NCBI GenBank assembly: GCA_045863235.1
Contig: BTUM01000039.1
Coordinates: 1-64,000 of the forward strand
DNA: 64,000 bases
Direction of reading: 5' to 3'
DNA from: Candidatus Xenobia bacterium
GTDB lineage: Bacteria; Vulcanimicrobiota; Xenobia; Xenobiales; QWHO01
The notes beneath the pieces are model-generated. The model made no database searches, had not been told where the DNA came from, and saw only the letters and a list, made by a program, of their open reading frames with translations. The first letter of the stretch is position 1. Each line of letters starts with the position of its first letter. The translations under genes were made by a program, and so were the position numbers. Of the stretch, positions 17,617-26,901 are shown piece by piece.

Positions 17617-18785
17617 TGCCGGCCGACCTGGGGCGAGTTCTCAATCTGATCAACCGATTCGTCCTCGAGCGGCTGCAGGTTGACCTGGCGGCCGGCGGAG
17701 ATCGGGCGGAGATTCGCCTCCAGGCGCCGGCTCTTCACGTGCGCCACGAGCAGGGCGAGGGCCTTCTCTTCGAGGACATCCTGGCTCACCTGACCGGCCT
17801 GCCCACCGCTCCTCCCAAGGGTAACCCGGTCGAGGCCCTGATTGGCTTTCAGGCCCGGCTCAACACCCTGACCATGCGCCTGATGCCCGAGCTATGGCCT
17901 CGTTTGGCTTCTTTCCTGGGTCAGAGCCTGGCCGCGCGGGGTGGGCGGCTGGTAGACCGGGTGGTGGTGCAGGAAGCCACCCTGGGTCTGGGTCAGAAGG
18001 TGGGTCCGGCAGTTCCGGTTCGCGCTGCGCTGCAAAGCAAGCAGGTACGCCTGGGCGAGCTCGAGTGTGTGCGCGTGGAGGACGTTTCGGTTCGGCTGGA
18101 CGACTTCGTCCCCGGCAAGGACATGAAGGCTGCCGTAGAGGCCTCCACTGTCGTCGTCGAGAGCTTGAAAGTGCGGGTCTTCGGCTCTTTTCTGACCCGG
18201 GCCATCGACACCATGCGCGATCAGATCCCCTCGCTGGTGGAGAATTTCGCCCTCAGCCTCAGTCCGGGGCGGCTCACCATCAGCGGGACGGTGCGCAAGA
18301 TCCTGGCTTTCAACTTTGCCGTTGATCTCCGTTTTGCGGTGAGCGGTCAGGAGCTGATGGTGCAGTTTGAGCGTTTCTCGCTGGCCGGGGGTCTGAGCAT
18401 GCCGGGCTGGCTGCGCTCGCAGATTCTCGGTGTGGCCAACAAGAAACTGGCCCGAGAGAAGGCCGTGCGCATCGTGGACGATGTGATTTACATCAACCCC
18501 CGCAAGCGGATTCCACCCCGCTTCAAGGTGGCGTTCGACTTTTCCAAGTTCACGGTCGAAGGCAATGATATCTTGCTCGAGCTGGTCGCGCCACCGGACA
18601 AGCGCCAGGCCCCTGCCCCCAGCCAGGATGGTGAGGCGCCTGCCTCCGCCCAACCGCCGGGCCAGGCTGCTGCCACCCCGACACCGGGTCAGGTCGCCGC
18701 CAGCGAGCAGGGCGCTCCCAGGTCGGAGCCCTCCGGTGCTTCGTCAGCCCGAATGCTTCCACCCGGTCCGCCCGTGCGGGGCTAG
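17616..18785 (+). CDS. Hypothetical protein, beta-rich with a Pro/Ala-rich tail
   Basis: 389 aa ORF; start overlaps the FmdB stop (TGATG). Confidence 0.75.
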   Translation: MPADLGRVLNLINRFVLERLQVDLAAGGDRAEIRLQAPALHVRHEQGEGLLFEDILAHLTGLPTAPPKGNPVEALIGFQARLNTLTMRLMPELWPRLASFLGQSLAARGGRLVDRVVVQEATLGLGQKVGPAVPVRAALQSKQVRLGELECVRVEDVSVRLDDFVPGKDMKAAVEASTVVVESLKVRVFGSFLTRAIDTMRDQIPSLVENFALSLSPGRLTISGTVRKILAFNFAVDLRFAVSGQELMVQFERFSLAGGLSMPGWLRSQILGVANKKLAREKAVRIVDDVIYINPRKRIPPRFKVAFDFSKFTVEGNDILLELVAPPDKRQAPAPSQDGEAPASAQPPGQAAATPTPGQVAASEQGAPRSEPSGASSARMLPPGPPVRG

Positions 18786-19015
18786 GAGTCCGGCCGGCAA
18801 CCCCCCTGTGGTGTCGGAGGAGCTACGCTTGCGGGGGGCCCTACCCCCGCCTCCGCCACCGTAAGATATTGTGGGCGGCCGGACTTGGGCGTCGTGGAGC
18901 CAGGCCGGAACGGTTTTCCGGCTCCAATGTCTTGGTATTCAAGGGGGTCGAAACCTCGTCAGGGTAGCTTTCTTGGGAGGCCTGAGGCCTTCGAGAAGAG
19001 AACTCTTTCAAGGCT

Positions 19016-19642
19016 ATGCTTGGCACGAAGGAACCCAAGACCCGCAAGGGGCAGGCCAGTCGGGGAAAGATCCTCGAGGCGGCAGCTTCCTTGTTCCATC
19101 GCCGGGGGGTTCACGCCACCAGCGTGGACGACATTCTGCTCGAGTCTCAGATGGGCAAGAGCCAGTTTTACCACTACTTCGACTCGAAGGAGCATCTGGT
19201 CGAGGCGGTCGTGGAGATGCAGATCCAGCGCATTCTCGGCTACCTCGAGCCCTACTCGCACTCGCTCGAGACCTGGCAAGATCTGGAAAAGTGGTGCCGC
19301 GCCTATCTCCAACTGACCGAGGCCACCGGGCTTCTGGGTTGTCCGATCGGCATCATCGCCGCCGATCAGACTCCCGACAGCGAGATTGTCACCCGGGCTG
19401 TGCAGGCAGCTTTCGGTCACTGGGTCGCTCTGCTGGAGGGCGGGCTGATCCGGATGAAACGGCGAGGGGTCTTTCCACCGAACTTTGACACCCTGCGGGC
19501 AGCCGAGTTCGGCGGAGCGGCAGTCCAGGGGGGGATGATGCTCACCCGGGCCTATCAGGACAGCCGCTTCCTGGAACTGGCCACCAGCCAGTTCGTCGCC
19601 TATCTGCGAGGTTTCGAAACTTCTCCCTCTGAGTCCGGCTAG
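19016..19642 (+). CDS. TetR/AcrR family regulator
   Basis: ILEAAASLFHRRGVHATSVDDI...KSQFYHYFDSKEHL HTH; GCPIG motif. Confidence 0.95.
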   Translation: MLGTKEPKTRKGQASRGKILEAAASLFHRRGVHATSVDDILLESQMGKSQFYHYFDSKEHLVEAVVEMQIQRILGYLEPYSHSLETWQDLEKWCRAYLQLTEATGLLGCPIGIIAADQTPDSEIVTRAVQAAFGHWVALLEGGLIRMKRRGVFPPNFDTLRAAEFGGAAVQGGMMLTRAYQDSRFLELATSQFVAYLRGFETSPSESG

Positions 19643-19669
19643 AGCGCCGTCGGGCGACCGACGGCGCTC
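19642..19669. terminator. GC hairpin between convergent genes
   Basis: GAGCGCCGTCGG-gcga-CCGACGGCGCTC, no U-tract. Confidence 0.6.
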
Positions 19670-19675
19670 CACGGC

Positions 19676-20593
19676 TCATTGACCGCCGGTCAGATCGACC
19701 CCGCTGGGCACCAGCTTTCCATTCAGAACGTCGGTGAAGAACTGGTTCGGGAGGCCGTTGGTGAATTTGACTCCAGGCTTCCCCTGTTCTTTGCCCAGTT
19801 CTTCCAATCTCTTCATGGCACGCCCGAAGGTCTCCATCTCAGCCACGGAGAGCGGCTGGACCTTCTCGGGCCCGCCTGGGGTCTTCTGCGTTGCGGTCTT
19901 GTCGGAGATGCCGAGCTGACGCTGGCCATCGTTGATGCCCTGGCTGGCCTGGGCGTTGGCCTGGCGCATGCCATCGGCCTTGTATTCCCCGTAGTGGCGC
20001 TTCATATGCATACGCCCCACAGCCTGCTTGAAGCGAGTGCCGATGCGAGTGCGTCCCTGCGTCTTGCGCTCGAACTCCTCGCCGATCTTCTGGTCCACGA
20101 TCTTGTTAAGATCGCCCTTCATCTGTTCGAGGTTGCGGGCCTTGTCCGAGGCATCCCAGACACCATCCGCTCCGGCCATCTTCTTGTGAATGTCTTGAGC
20201 CTTACTCAGCAGCGCTTTGTCGTTGTCGTTGAGCTTCAGCGGGGTGAGCTTCTTGGAGATGTCATCCAGCCCCAGGTTGCCAGCCAGATTTCCCAAAAAG
20301 TTGCTAAAGCCGTTCGAGTTTTGGCCCTGGGCCGCAGCCGCCTGGGCCCCGGCCGCGTTTTCTTCTTGCTTGGTGCTCAATTGCACCTTGTCGCCGCTCG
20401 GGTCCGCTTTCTGGGCGTTCTGCGGCGATTGGCCGGACTGTGCCCCTTGAGCCCCCTGGGTAGCGCGGTTGGCGGCCGTGCGGGTGTTGCCCCCGGCACT
20501 GGTATTGTTGGTTGAACGCGGGTGGCAGTTGCACGATGAGGAACGGTTGGAACTGACGCGCTGTGCGCGGCGCGCTTGGAAAGGTCTGCCCAT
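19676..20593 (-). CDS. Hypothetical protein with a disordered Q/A/N-rich N-terminus
   Basis: ATG 20593 after GAGGGG; coding-like composition begins here rather than at the track's 21430. Confidence 0.75.
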   Translation of the reverse strand: MGRPFQARRAQRVSSNRSSSCNCHPRSTNNTSAGGNTRTAANRATQGAQGAQSGQSPQNAQKADPSGDKVQLSTKQEENAAGAQAAAAQGQNSNGFSNFLGNLAGNLGLDDISKKLTPLKLNDNDKALLSKAQDIHKKMAGADGVWDASDKARNLEQMKGDLNKIVDQKIGEEFERKTQGRTRIGTRFKQAVGRMHMKRHYGEYKADGMRQANAQASQGINDGQRQLGISDKTATQKTPGGPEKVQPLSVAEMETFGRAMKRLEELGKEQGKPGVKFTNGLPNQFFTDVLNGKLVPSGVDLTGGQ

Positions 20594-20767
20594 GCGGATT
20601 TCTCCCCTCGGATGATCTTGCTCTGATGGTAGCAAGTTCCGCGTCTGGCTGGTTAAGCAGGTGTTGCATCGGTGTAAAAAAGTTTGTCGATTTGTGAACA
20701 AGTGTAAACTGGCCAGCGAAAGACGGCCTCCAGCAAACCTGTTGCAGGCGACCAGAACCCGTCGCGG

Positions 20768-20836
20768 GCCGGCCTGGTCATCGAGAACGAGCCGGCCTGG
20801 ATATCGAGAACGGGCCGGCTTGGACATCGAGAACAG
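20768..20836. repeat. Three tandem 23-bp repeats
   Basis: GCCGGCCTGGTCATCGAGAACGA / GCCGGCCTGGATATCGAGAACGG / GCCGGCTTGGACATCGAGAACAG. Confidence 0.9.
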
Positions 20837-20940
20837 AACACCGGCCACCGCTAGCCAGCTGCAGCGCCCGCTCAGGAAGACCCCTGCGCCGAGTCTTGAG
20901 GACCTGGCAGTGCGTCTGTCGTCTCCGAGTTCCCTGGAAC

Positions 20941-20979
20941 CAGCTGTAGTGTCAAAATGACCAGTTGACACTACAGCTG
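20941..20979. promoter_or_regulatory. Perfect 15-bp inverted repeat with 9-bp spacer
   Basis: CAGCTGTAGTGTCAA-aatgaccag-TTGACACTACAGCTG; function not known. Confidence 0.6.
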
Positions 20980-21247
20980 ATTCGAGGATAGAAAAGAACG
21001 CAGCCCCCCACCCGCGAGCCCTGTACCAGCCGAAGCGAGCGAGTGGCCACTCGTCGTTGTCACTGAGAGAGAATGGGCCCCCGTGGTCACCGGCGTCCTC
21101 GGCGTGAAGCGCGGCGCCGCACTCTCGTTGGCACTGAAGGAGATGGGCCTGCGCACTGACTGCTGACGAGGCGGCACTGAACGAGCAAGCAGATGGCTCG
21201 ATTTTGAGGCGCGAAGTTGCTTGATTTGTCTGAGAGGAGGCAAGCCC

Positions 21248-22537
21248 ATGTTCTTGAGGCAGCGAGGCCGCAAGATCTTGTTGCTGCACTGTGTCCGAGA
21301 GTCGGGAGGTCGAGTGCGCCAATTGCGGTTGTTTCACTTCGAAGGGCCTGAGGATCTTGGTCACTGGCTCCAGGAGACTCTTTGGTCCGAGCTGGCTGCT
21401 CGGGTTCACGCGATCGCGCCGGAGCTCCAACTTGATTTCGAGGGTTTGCGCGAACGAGCGCGCGCAATCGTCCAGACTGCGCCCAGCGAGGCCGGTGGAA
21501 CGCTCGGAGCCCCGACCTCGTCCAGGCCCGTTCGTTCCACACCCCGAACTCGCCAGCCTGTAGTGCCTGACCCGGTGGGAGCCCTCAGGCTCTCAGCGCG
21601 CAATCTGGCGCATCAGATTCTCTGCCAGAATGCTGATTGTGCCCGGCTGGCCGCGCGCGAGCTCCAAGAGCTTGCCCAGTTGATCCGGTCAAGTTTGGGC
21701 CGGGTTCGTCCTAAGCAGGCGCGACGGGCCGCAACTCAAGCCGATGAGCTCCTTCGGACAGGGTCTTTGGGGTCGGCCAGAAGGTGGCTTCGCAAGGCGG
21801 TGCGCTGTCAGCCGTTCGAGCCCAATCTGCGAGTGCAACTGGGAGATTGCTGCCCTCCTGAGCGGGCCACGCGAACTTACCAGGAAGCGGTCGAACTGGC
21901 TTTCCATCAGTTGCCTCTGGGCCGGAGAGTCTTCGAGCCGGGTGAGCCGGAGGCCAGGCCCTACTACCACGCCCTGGGCCGACTGTCTGAGAATCAGGAG
22001 CGTCTGGGCCTGCTCGAGGAGGCTCGGCAGACTCTTCGTCGCCGTCTGGACGCATTTCGCGATGCGGAGAGCCAGGTCGCCCTCGGCTGGGTCTTGCATC
22101 GTCTTGATCGCTGGCAGGAAGCTCGAGTCCACTACCAGCGCGCCGTCGACCATCCGGTGGCTTTGTTCAACCTGGCCCAGGGTCATCTGGCTCGAGGTCA
22201 GGTAGAGCTGGCCCTGACCCCGCTGCTCAGGGGTCTAACGCTGAATGCTCGCGTCGCGCGCTACGCCGATCGTCCCCATCCGGGATCACCGTGGGAGGTG
22301 GCGCCGGAGACCCCCACTCCAGAGTATGCCCACTGGTACTGGCGGCGTTTTGGAGCCCCGTGGACTTCGGCCCAGAAAGAGTTCATTCGACTGATCGAGC
22401 GCCAGCCCGTGGTCCGCTATCGGCTGCGACAGATCTTCGAGAAACGATTCCGACCTCGGGTTGTGCTCTTCCCCCGTCATCTCGTTGCCCTTCGACGACG
22501 GCTCGATGGGCTTCACCCCCTGGTGGCGAACTGGTAG
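21248..22537 (+). CDS. TPR-like repeat protein
   Basis: ATG 21248 after GAGGAGG; helical repeats such as VALGWVLHRLDRWQEARVHYQRAV and ALFNLAQGHLARGQVELAL. Confidence 0.75.
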   Translation: MFLRQRGRKILLLHCVRESGGRVRQLRLFHFEGPEDLGHWLQETLWSELAARVHAIAPELQLDFEGLRERARAIVQTAPSEAGGTLGAPTSSRPVRSTPRTRQPVVPDPVGALRLSARNLAHQILCQNADCARLAARELQELAQLIRSSLGRVRPKQARRAATQADELLRTGSLGSARRWLRKAVRCQPFEPNLRVQLGDCCPPERATRTYQEAVELAFHQLPLGRRVFEPGEPEARPYYHALGRLSENQERLGLLEEARQTLRRRLDAFRDAESQVALGWVLHRLDRWQEARVHYQRAVDHPVALFNLAQGHLARGQVELALTPLLRGLTLNARVARYADRPHPGSPWEVAPETPTPEYAHWYWRRFGAPWTSAQKEFIRLIERQPVVRYRLRQIFEKRFRPRVVLFPRHLVALRRRLDGLHPLVANW

Positions 22538-22571
22538 CGGCCGGCTATCGTATCAGCGTGAGCCTGATGCT

Positions 22572-24011
22572 TCACGGGGCGGCCGGGGCTGGCGTGCGGC
22601 TGAGTAGATCGCGACGAAGTTGGAAGAGTCCCTCCGAGAGCCCCACCCAGTAGATGTCGGGGTTGACCATGCGCTTGTGCTCGGCTCGCAGCGAGGCCAG
22701 ACTGGCCAGGCTGCGCTGGCGGGCCTCCTGCAGGCTGGGAAACTCATAGCACAGCTCGCCCGCCTTGACGACCGGCACCAGCATCGGCTCCCACCGCCCG
22801 CTCACTTCCTGGCGGATGTGGGCATAGAGCGGGTGGTGGCTGCGCATCGCTCCTTCGGATGGGAAGGACTCATCGTGCAGGGCCAGCACGTCCCCGTGCA
22901 CCACGCCGTCGGGGCCGAAGCAGCGGTAGAGCTGCTTGATTCCCGGCAGGGTGATCTTGGCGGGGTTGCTGGATACCTTGATGCGCGGCACCATCACCCC
23001 ATCCTCATCGGCCGCCACCAGCTTGTACACACCACCCAGGGCAGGTTCACCCTTGCTGGTCACCAGGTTGGTGCCAACGCCCCAGATGTCGATGCGGGCC
23101 CCCTGGGCGCGCAGGTCGGCGATCAGGAACTCGTCGAGGTCACTCGAGGCCACAATCTGGGTCTCGGTCAGGCCGGCCTGGTCGAGCATGGCCCGGGCTT
23201 GTTTGCTGAGGTAGGCCAGATCGCCTGAGTCGAGCCGGATGCCACGCAGGCTCAGCCCTTTCTCGCGCTGCTCGAGGCCTACTTTGATGGCGTTGGGAAC
23301 ACCGCTGAGCAAGGTATCGTAGGTGTCCACCAGCAGCGTGCAGTCGTTCGGGTAGGTGGCGGCGTACTGCCGGAAGGCCTCCAACTCGTCGCCGAAGGAC
23401 ATCACCCAGGCGTGGGCCATGGTGCCCTTGACGGGGATGCCGTACTGTTTGCCTGCCAGGGTGTTGGAGGTGGCCACGGCGCCGCCCACGTAGCCGGCCC
23501 GGCTGGCGGCCATGGCTCCGTTTACTCCCTGTGCCCGGCGCAGGCCGAACTCCAGGATGACGCCATGACCGCTGGCCTCGTAGACCCGGGCCGACTTGGT
23601 AGCAATCAGGGTCTGGAAATTGATCACGTTGAGCAAGAGCGACTCCACGAGCTGGGTCTCGGGAAGTGTGCCCTCCACGCGCAGCAGCGGCTCGCCGGGG
23701 AACACCAGAGAGCCTTCGGGCAAGGCATGCACGTTGCCCTGGAAGCGGAAGTCTTTGAGCCAGTCCACGAAGCCTTCGGGAAAGAGCTTCTGGGCCCGCA
23801 GGTAGGCCAGATCATCGCTGGTGAATCGCAGGCTCAGGAGATACTCCAGGGCGGGCTGGAGGCCGGCTGCCAGGCAGAACCCCCCCTGCTCGGGGATCTT
23901 GCGGAAGTAGAGGTCGAAGACGGCGCGCTGGTGGAGCTTGTGGCAGGCGTGGTAGCCGCCCATCATGGTCAACTCGTAGAAGTCGGTCAGAAGCGCCAGA
24001 TTCTCGGTCAT
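22572..24011 (-). CDS. pncB: Nicotinate phosphoribosyltransferase
   Basis: LLTDFYELTM, EFGLRRAQG, GTMAHAWV, LVDTYD and IRLDSGDL motifs. Confidence 0.96.
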   Translation of the reverse strand: MTENLALLTDFYELTMMGGYHACHKLHQRAVFDLYFRKIPEQGGFCLAAGLQPALEYLLSLRFTSDDLAYLRAQKLFPEGFVDWLKDFRFQGNVHALPEGSLVFPGEPLLRVEGTLPETQLVESLLLNVINFQTLIATKSARVYEASGHGVILEFGLRRAQGVNGAMAASRAGYVGGAVATSNTLAGKQYGIPVKGTMAHAWVMSFGDELEAFRQYAATYPNDCTLLVDTYDTLLSGVPNAIKVGLEQREKGLSLRGIRLDSGDLAYLSKQARAMLDQAGLTETQIVASSDLDEFLIADLRAQGARIDIWGVGTNLVTSKGEPALGGVYKLVAADEDGVMVPRIKVSSNPAKITLPGIKQLYRCFGPDGVVHGDVLALHDESFPSEGAMRSHHPLYAHIRQEVSGRWEPMLVPVVKAGELCYEFPSLQEARQRSLASLASLRAEHKRMVNPDIYWVGLSEGLFQLRRDLLSRTPAPAAP

Positions 24012-24063
24012 GGTCTGGCCTTCGCGGCCAGGGGGAATGAGCCCTGGAGGGGAAGTGGCGGGC

Positions 24064-24966
24064 ATGGCCGTGCACCGAATCGAAGAGCTGAGCTGGGCGA
24101 GAATCCGCAAGCTGGCTCAGCAGAATGCGCTTTTCATGGTGGGGCTGGGGCCCATCGAGGACCACGGCTCTCACCTGCCCTCCGGGGTAGACTGGTTCCT
24201 TACCGAGGGCTTCAGCCGCGACATTGCCGAGCGACTGGTGGTCGAGCGACCCGATTTGGAAGTGGTGCTGCTCCCGATCTACGCCTTCGGCTCGAGCGTG
24301 CTGCAAGACCTGGGCTGTCTACGCCTGGCGCCCCCCACCCTCACTCGCACCTTGAGCGAGCTGGTTCGCTATCTCGAGCGCGAAGGGGTGCGCCGGGTCG
24401 CCTTGATGTCGGCCCACGGGGCGGTCTCTCAGGGGCTGGCCCTGAATGCGGTGTGCCGACGTTTCCGGGGCAAGCTGCGTTGTACCGCTCCCTGCTTGCC
24501 GCTGATCGCCCGCTTCTTGAGCGGGGCCTTCCGGGCTCCGCTCGAGCAGAAGCTGGGGCGGGCCTTCACCGAGGACGAGTGGAAGGATCTTCGTCACGAT
24601 ACCCACGCCGGGGCGTGGGAGACGGCCTTGATGTTGCAGTATCGTCCCGACCTGGTGGCCGACTACTACACGGGTCTGCCGCCCCACGTGCCCGAGAAAA
24701 TGGGGCTGACGGCCCTGCGCAAGCTGCGCACCCACCGGGGTTACTTTGGGGCCCCCGCTCGGGCATCGGTGGAGCTCGGGGCGGCCTTGCGAGAGGTGCT
24801 GGCTGAGCAAGGAGCCCGAGTTCTACTCGAGTTTCTCGAGGGCAAGCCGGCTCGAATCAAAAAGCCCCTGCTCAGCCCGCGCGATCAGATGGTGGCCGGC
24901 GGGCTGGGGCTGGCCGCGTTGCTGACCTGGGCCTGGCTGTACCGACGCCCTGCGCGAGAACGCTGA
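24064..24966 (+). CDS. Creatininase/MftE family amidohydrolase with a C-terminal membrane anchor
   Basis: GPIEDHGSHLP.GVD, SAHG and HAGAWET motifs; hydrophobic C-terminal helix. Confidence 0.85.
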   Translation: MAVHRIEELSWARIRKLAQQNALFMVGLGPIEDHGSHLPSGVDWFLTEGFSRDIAERLVVERPDLEVVLLPIYAFGSSVLQDLGCLRLAPPTLTRTLSELVRYLEREGVRRVALMSAHGAVSQGLALNAVCRRFRGKLRCTAPCLPLIARFLSGAFRAPLEQKLGRAFTEDEWKDLRHDTHAGAWETALMLQYRPDLVADYYTGLPPHVPEKMGLTALRKLRTHRGYFGAPARASVELGAALREVLAEQGARVLLEFLEGKPARIKKPLLSPRDQMVAGGLGLAALLTWAWLYRRPARER

Positions 24967-26073
24967 TCAGGCGGCCGGCATCGCCAGGCCGGTGATTCCC
25001 AGGTGGCCCGCGTGGGTCAGCCGGGCGGGTTGCGGTTCCGCTTCCCGCTCAGCCTTATGCTCGGCGATCAGCTTGGCTCCCACGCCCACGGCCACGCCGC
25101 TGGCAAGGCCAATGCCGGCGCCCATCAGGCCGCCCAGGATGCCGCCAGCGATGGGTCCATAACGGTTGGTCTTGAACTCCTGTGAGGTCTGGTGGAAGGT
25201 CGGCTGGCCGTTCTGATAGACCGGCACGTCCCGGTAGACCGGGTCGGTTTCGGGGCGCCCGTAGCCCGAGGAAGGCCAGCCCCAGCCCCAGTTGTACTCG
25301 TAGAAATCTTGCGGGATGTTGCCCAGGTGCTCGCGCTGCATGGTGGGCACCATCCAGCTGCGAACGTGCACTTCCTGTTTCCCCAGCTCGGCGGCACCCG
25401 CCCGCGAGCCGAGCCAGGCGCCGAGCCCGGCTCCGGCTACCGTGCCCACGATGGCCGAGCCGCCGGCGAAGTCGGACAGGCCCTTGCGCTGCTCGGCGCT
25501 GAGGGGAGGGGCCTCCTGATTGGGATCCTTGTCCAGGGCGTTGCGCAGGGCGGCGATGCCGACCCCCACGCCCAGGCCGATGACGGCCCCGCCCAGGGCT
25601 CCCAGGAAGCCGCCCAGCAGGGGCTCCCACTTGTTCTGGTGCACGAAGCGAGGCTCCTGATAATCGCCCACGTCTCGATGCTCGATGCGGGGGCTGTAGC
25701 TGTGCCACCAGCCCCGGATTTTGGTATCGCACACCTCGCGCTCGTTCTCGCCGTAGCCTTCGGTGTGGCAGTCCTGGTAGGTATCGGCGTGGGCCCAGTG
25801 GCTGTAGCCTCGCAGCGAAGGGTGGAGCACGTCGCGATGCACCCACTGCTCTTGGATCTTGTCGTTGCTTTGTGAGTTGAAGCCGGTGACCACTCCGATG
25901 GCGGCTCCGGCCACGGCCCCGGTGCCGGCACCGAGCACGGCGTAGTCGCGCGTGCGGGTCTGTTGCCGGGTGGAGTACGGGTCTTCCGACCCGATGATGT
26001 TGTCGCCGATCCAGGTGCGCGCGTCCTTGAATCCGCTGACGATGCTCTGACCAAAGTCCCTGATCCCACTCAT
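24967..26073 (-). CDS. Hypothetical glycine-zipper membrane protein with duplicated architecture
   Basis: Four GxxxGxxxG hydrophobic segments arranged as two hairpins, each around a W/Y-rich loop. Confidence 0.75.
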   Translation of the reverse strand: MSGIRDFGQSIVSGFKDARTWIGDNIIGSEDPYSTRQQTRTRDYAVLGAGTGAVAGAAIGVVTGFNSQSNDKIQEQWVHRDVLHPSLRGYSHWAHADTYQDCHTEGYGENEREVCDTKIRGWWHSYSPRIEHRDVGDYQEPRFVHQNKWEPLLGGFLGALGGAVIGLGVGVGIAALRNALDKDPNQEAPPLSAEQRKGLSDFAGGSAIVGTVAGAGLGAWLGSRAGAAELGKQEVHVRSWMVPTMQREHLGNIPQDFYEYNWGWGWPSSGYGRPETDPVYRDVPVYQNGQPTFHQTSQEFKTNRYGPIAGGILGGLMGAGIGLASGVAVGVGAKLIAEHKAEREAEPQPARLTHAGHLGITGLAMPAA

Positions 26074-26154
26074 ACGGCCAAGATATCGTCAGTGGCGGGT
26101 CTGGAATGTTAAGGGCAGGTAACAACCTGTCTTTCAGGAATTTTTCAGATTGAG

Positions 26155-26832
26155 GTGCGTGTCCGGCGTTGGTTGAGAAAGCTCATGCTGATTAGTCTGG
26201 GAGGCCTGGTGCTGGCCGGGCTGGGTGCCCTGGCCGTCAGCTCCTGGGTCGAGCGCCAGGGCAAGGCCGGTTTCGTCGAGCCTTCCGCCGCCGAGCACGC
26301 CCAGACGGCCATCGTGCTGGGAGCCGGAGTGTACGATGGGGGAGCCCTCAGCCCCGTGCTGGAAGACAGGGTGGACGCCGCCATCGAGCTCTTCCGAGAT
26401 GGGCGGGTAGATACGTTGCTGATGAGCGGCGACCACGGATTTCGCGATTACGACGAGGTCAACGCCATGCGCGAATACGCCGTGCGCCGCGGCGTGCCCA
26501 ACGAGCGCATCTTCATGGACCACGCCGGCTTCAACACCTATGACAGTATGATGCGGGCCCGCCAGGTCTTCCTGGTGGACACGGCGGTGGTGGTGACCAA
26601 CCGCTTTCACCTGGCCCGGGCCGTCTTTCTGGCCCGCCAGGCGGGCATTCGGGCCCAGGGAGTGGTGGCCGACCGGCGTCCCTACGCCTCTGCCGACTGG
26701 TACGAGCAGCGCGAGTTCCTGGCCCGCTGTAAAGCCTTTCTCAATGTTTACGTGCTCAAGCCCGGACCCGCGTTGGGCGGGCCGCCCATCCCTATTACCG
26801 GGGACGCCCGTCTGAGCCACGATAAGCGCTGA
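26155..26832 (+). CDS. SanA/YdcF (DUF218) family protein
   Basis: AIVLGAG, LMSGD...YDEV, DHAGFNTYDS, HLARA and REFLAR motifs. Confidence 0.92.
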   Translation: MRVRRWLRKLMLISLGGLVLAGLGALAVSSWVERQGKAGFVEPSAAEHAQTAIVLGAGVYDGGALSPVLEDRVDAAIELFRDGRVDTLLMSGDHGFRDYDEVNAMREYAVRRGVPNERIFMDHAGFNTYDSMMRARQVFLVDTAVVVTNRFHLARAVFLARQAGIRAQGVVADRRPYASADWYEQREFLARCKAFLNVYVLKPGPALGGPPIPITGDARLSHDKR

Positions 26833-26901
26833 CGGGGGGACTTGCCGGGGGGGTCGGAGAATCGCCTGCATTCGAACAAATCCCGAGAGGTCTGTCGTTT
26901 G

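Noticed and set aside
21138..21172. Possible fluoride riboswitch or hammerhead (GGAGATGG...GCTGACGAG)
   Set aside because: The required P1/pseudoknot pairing and the GAAA core are absent.
20594..21430. N-terminal extension making a 584-aa ORF from 21430
   Set aside because: It has non-coding-like composition, runs through repeats and overlaps the TPR gene; there is a good SD and ATG at 20593.
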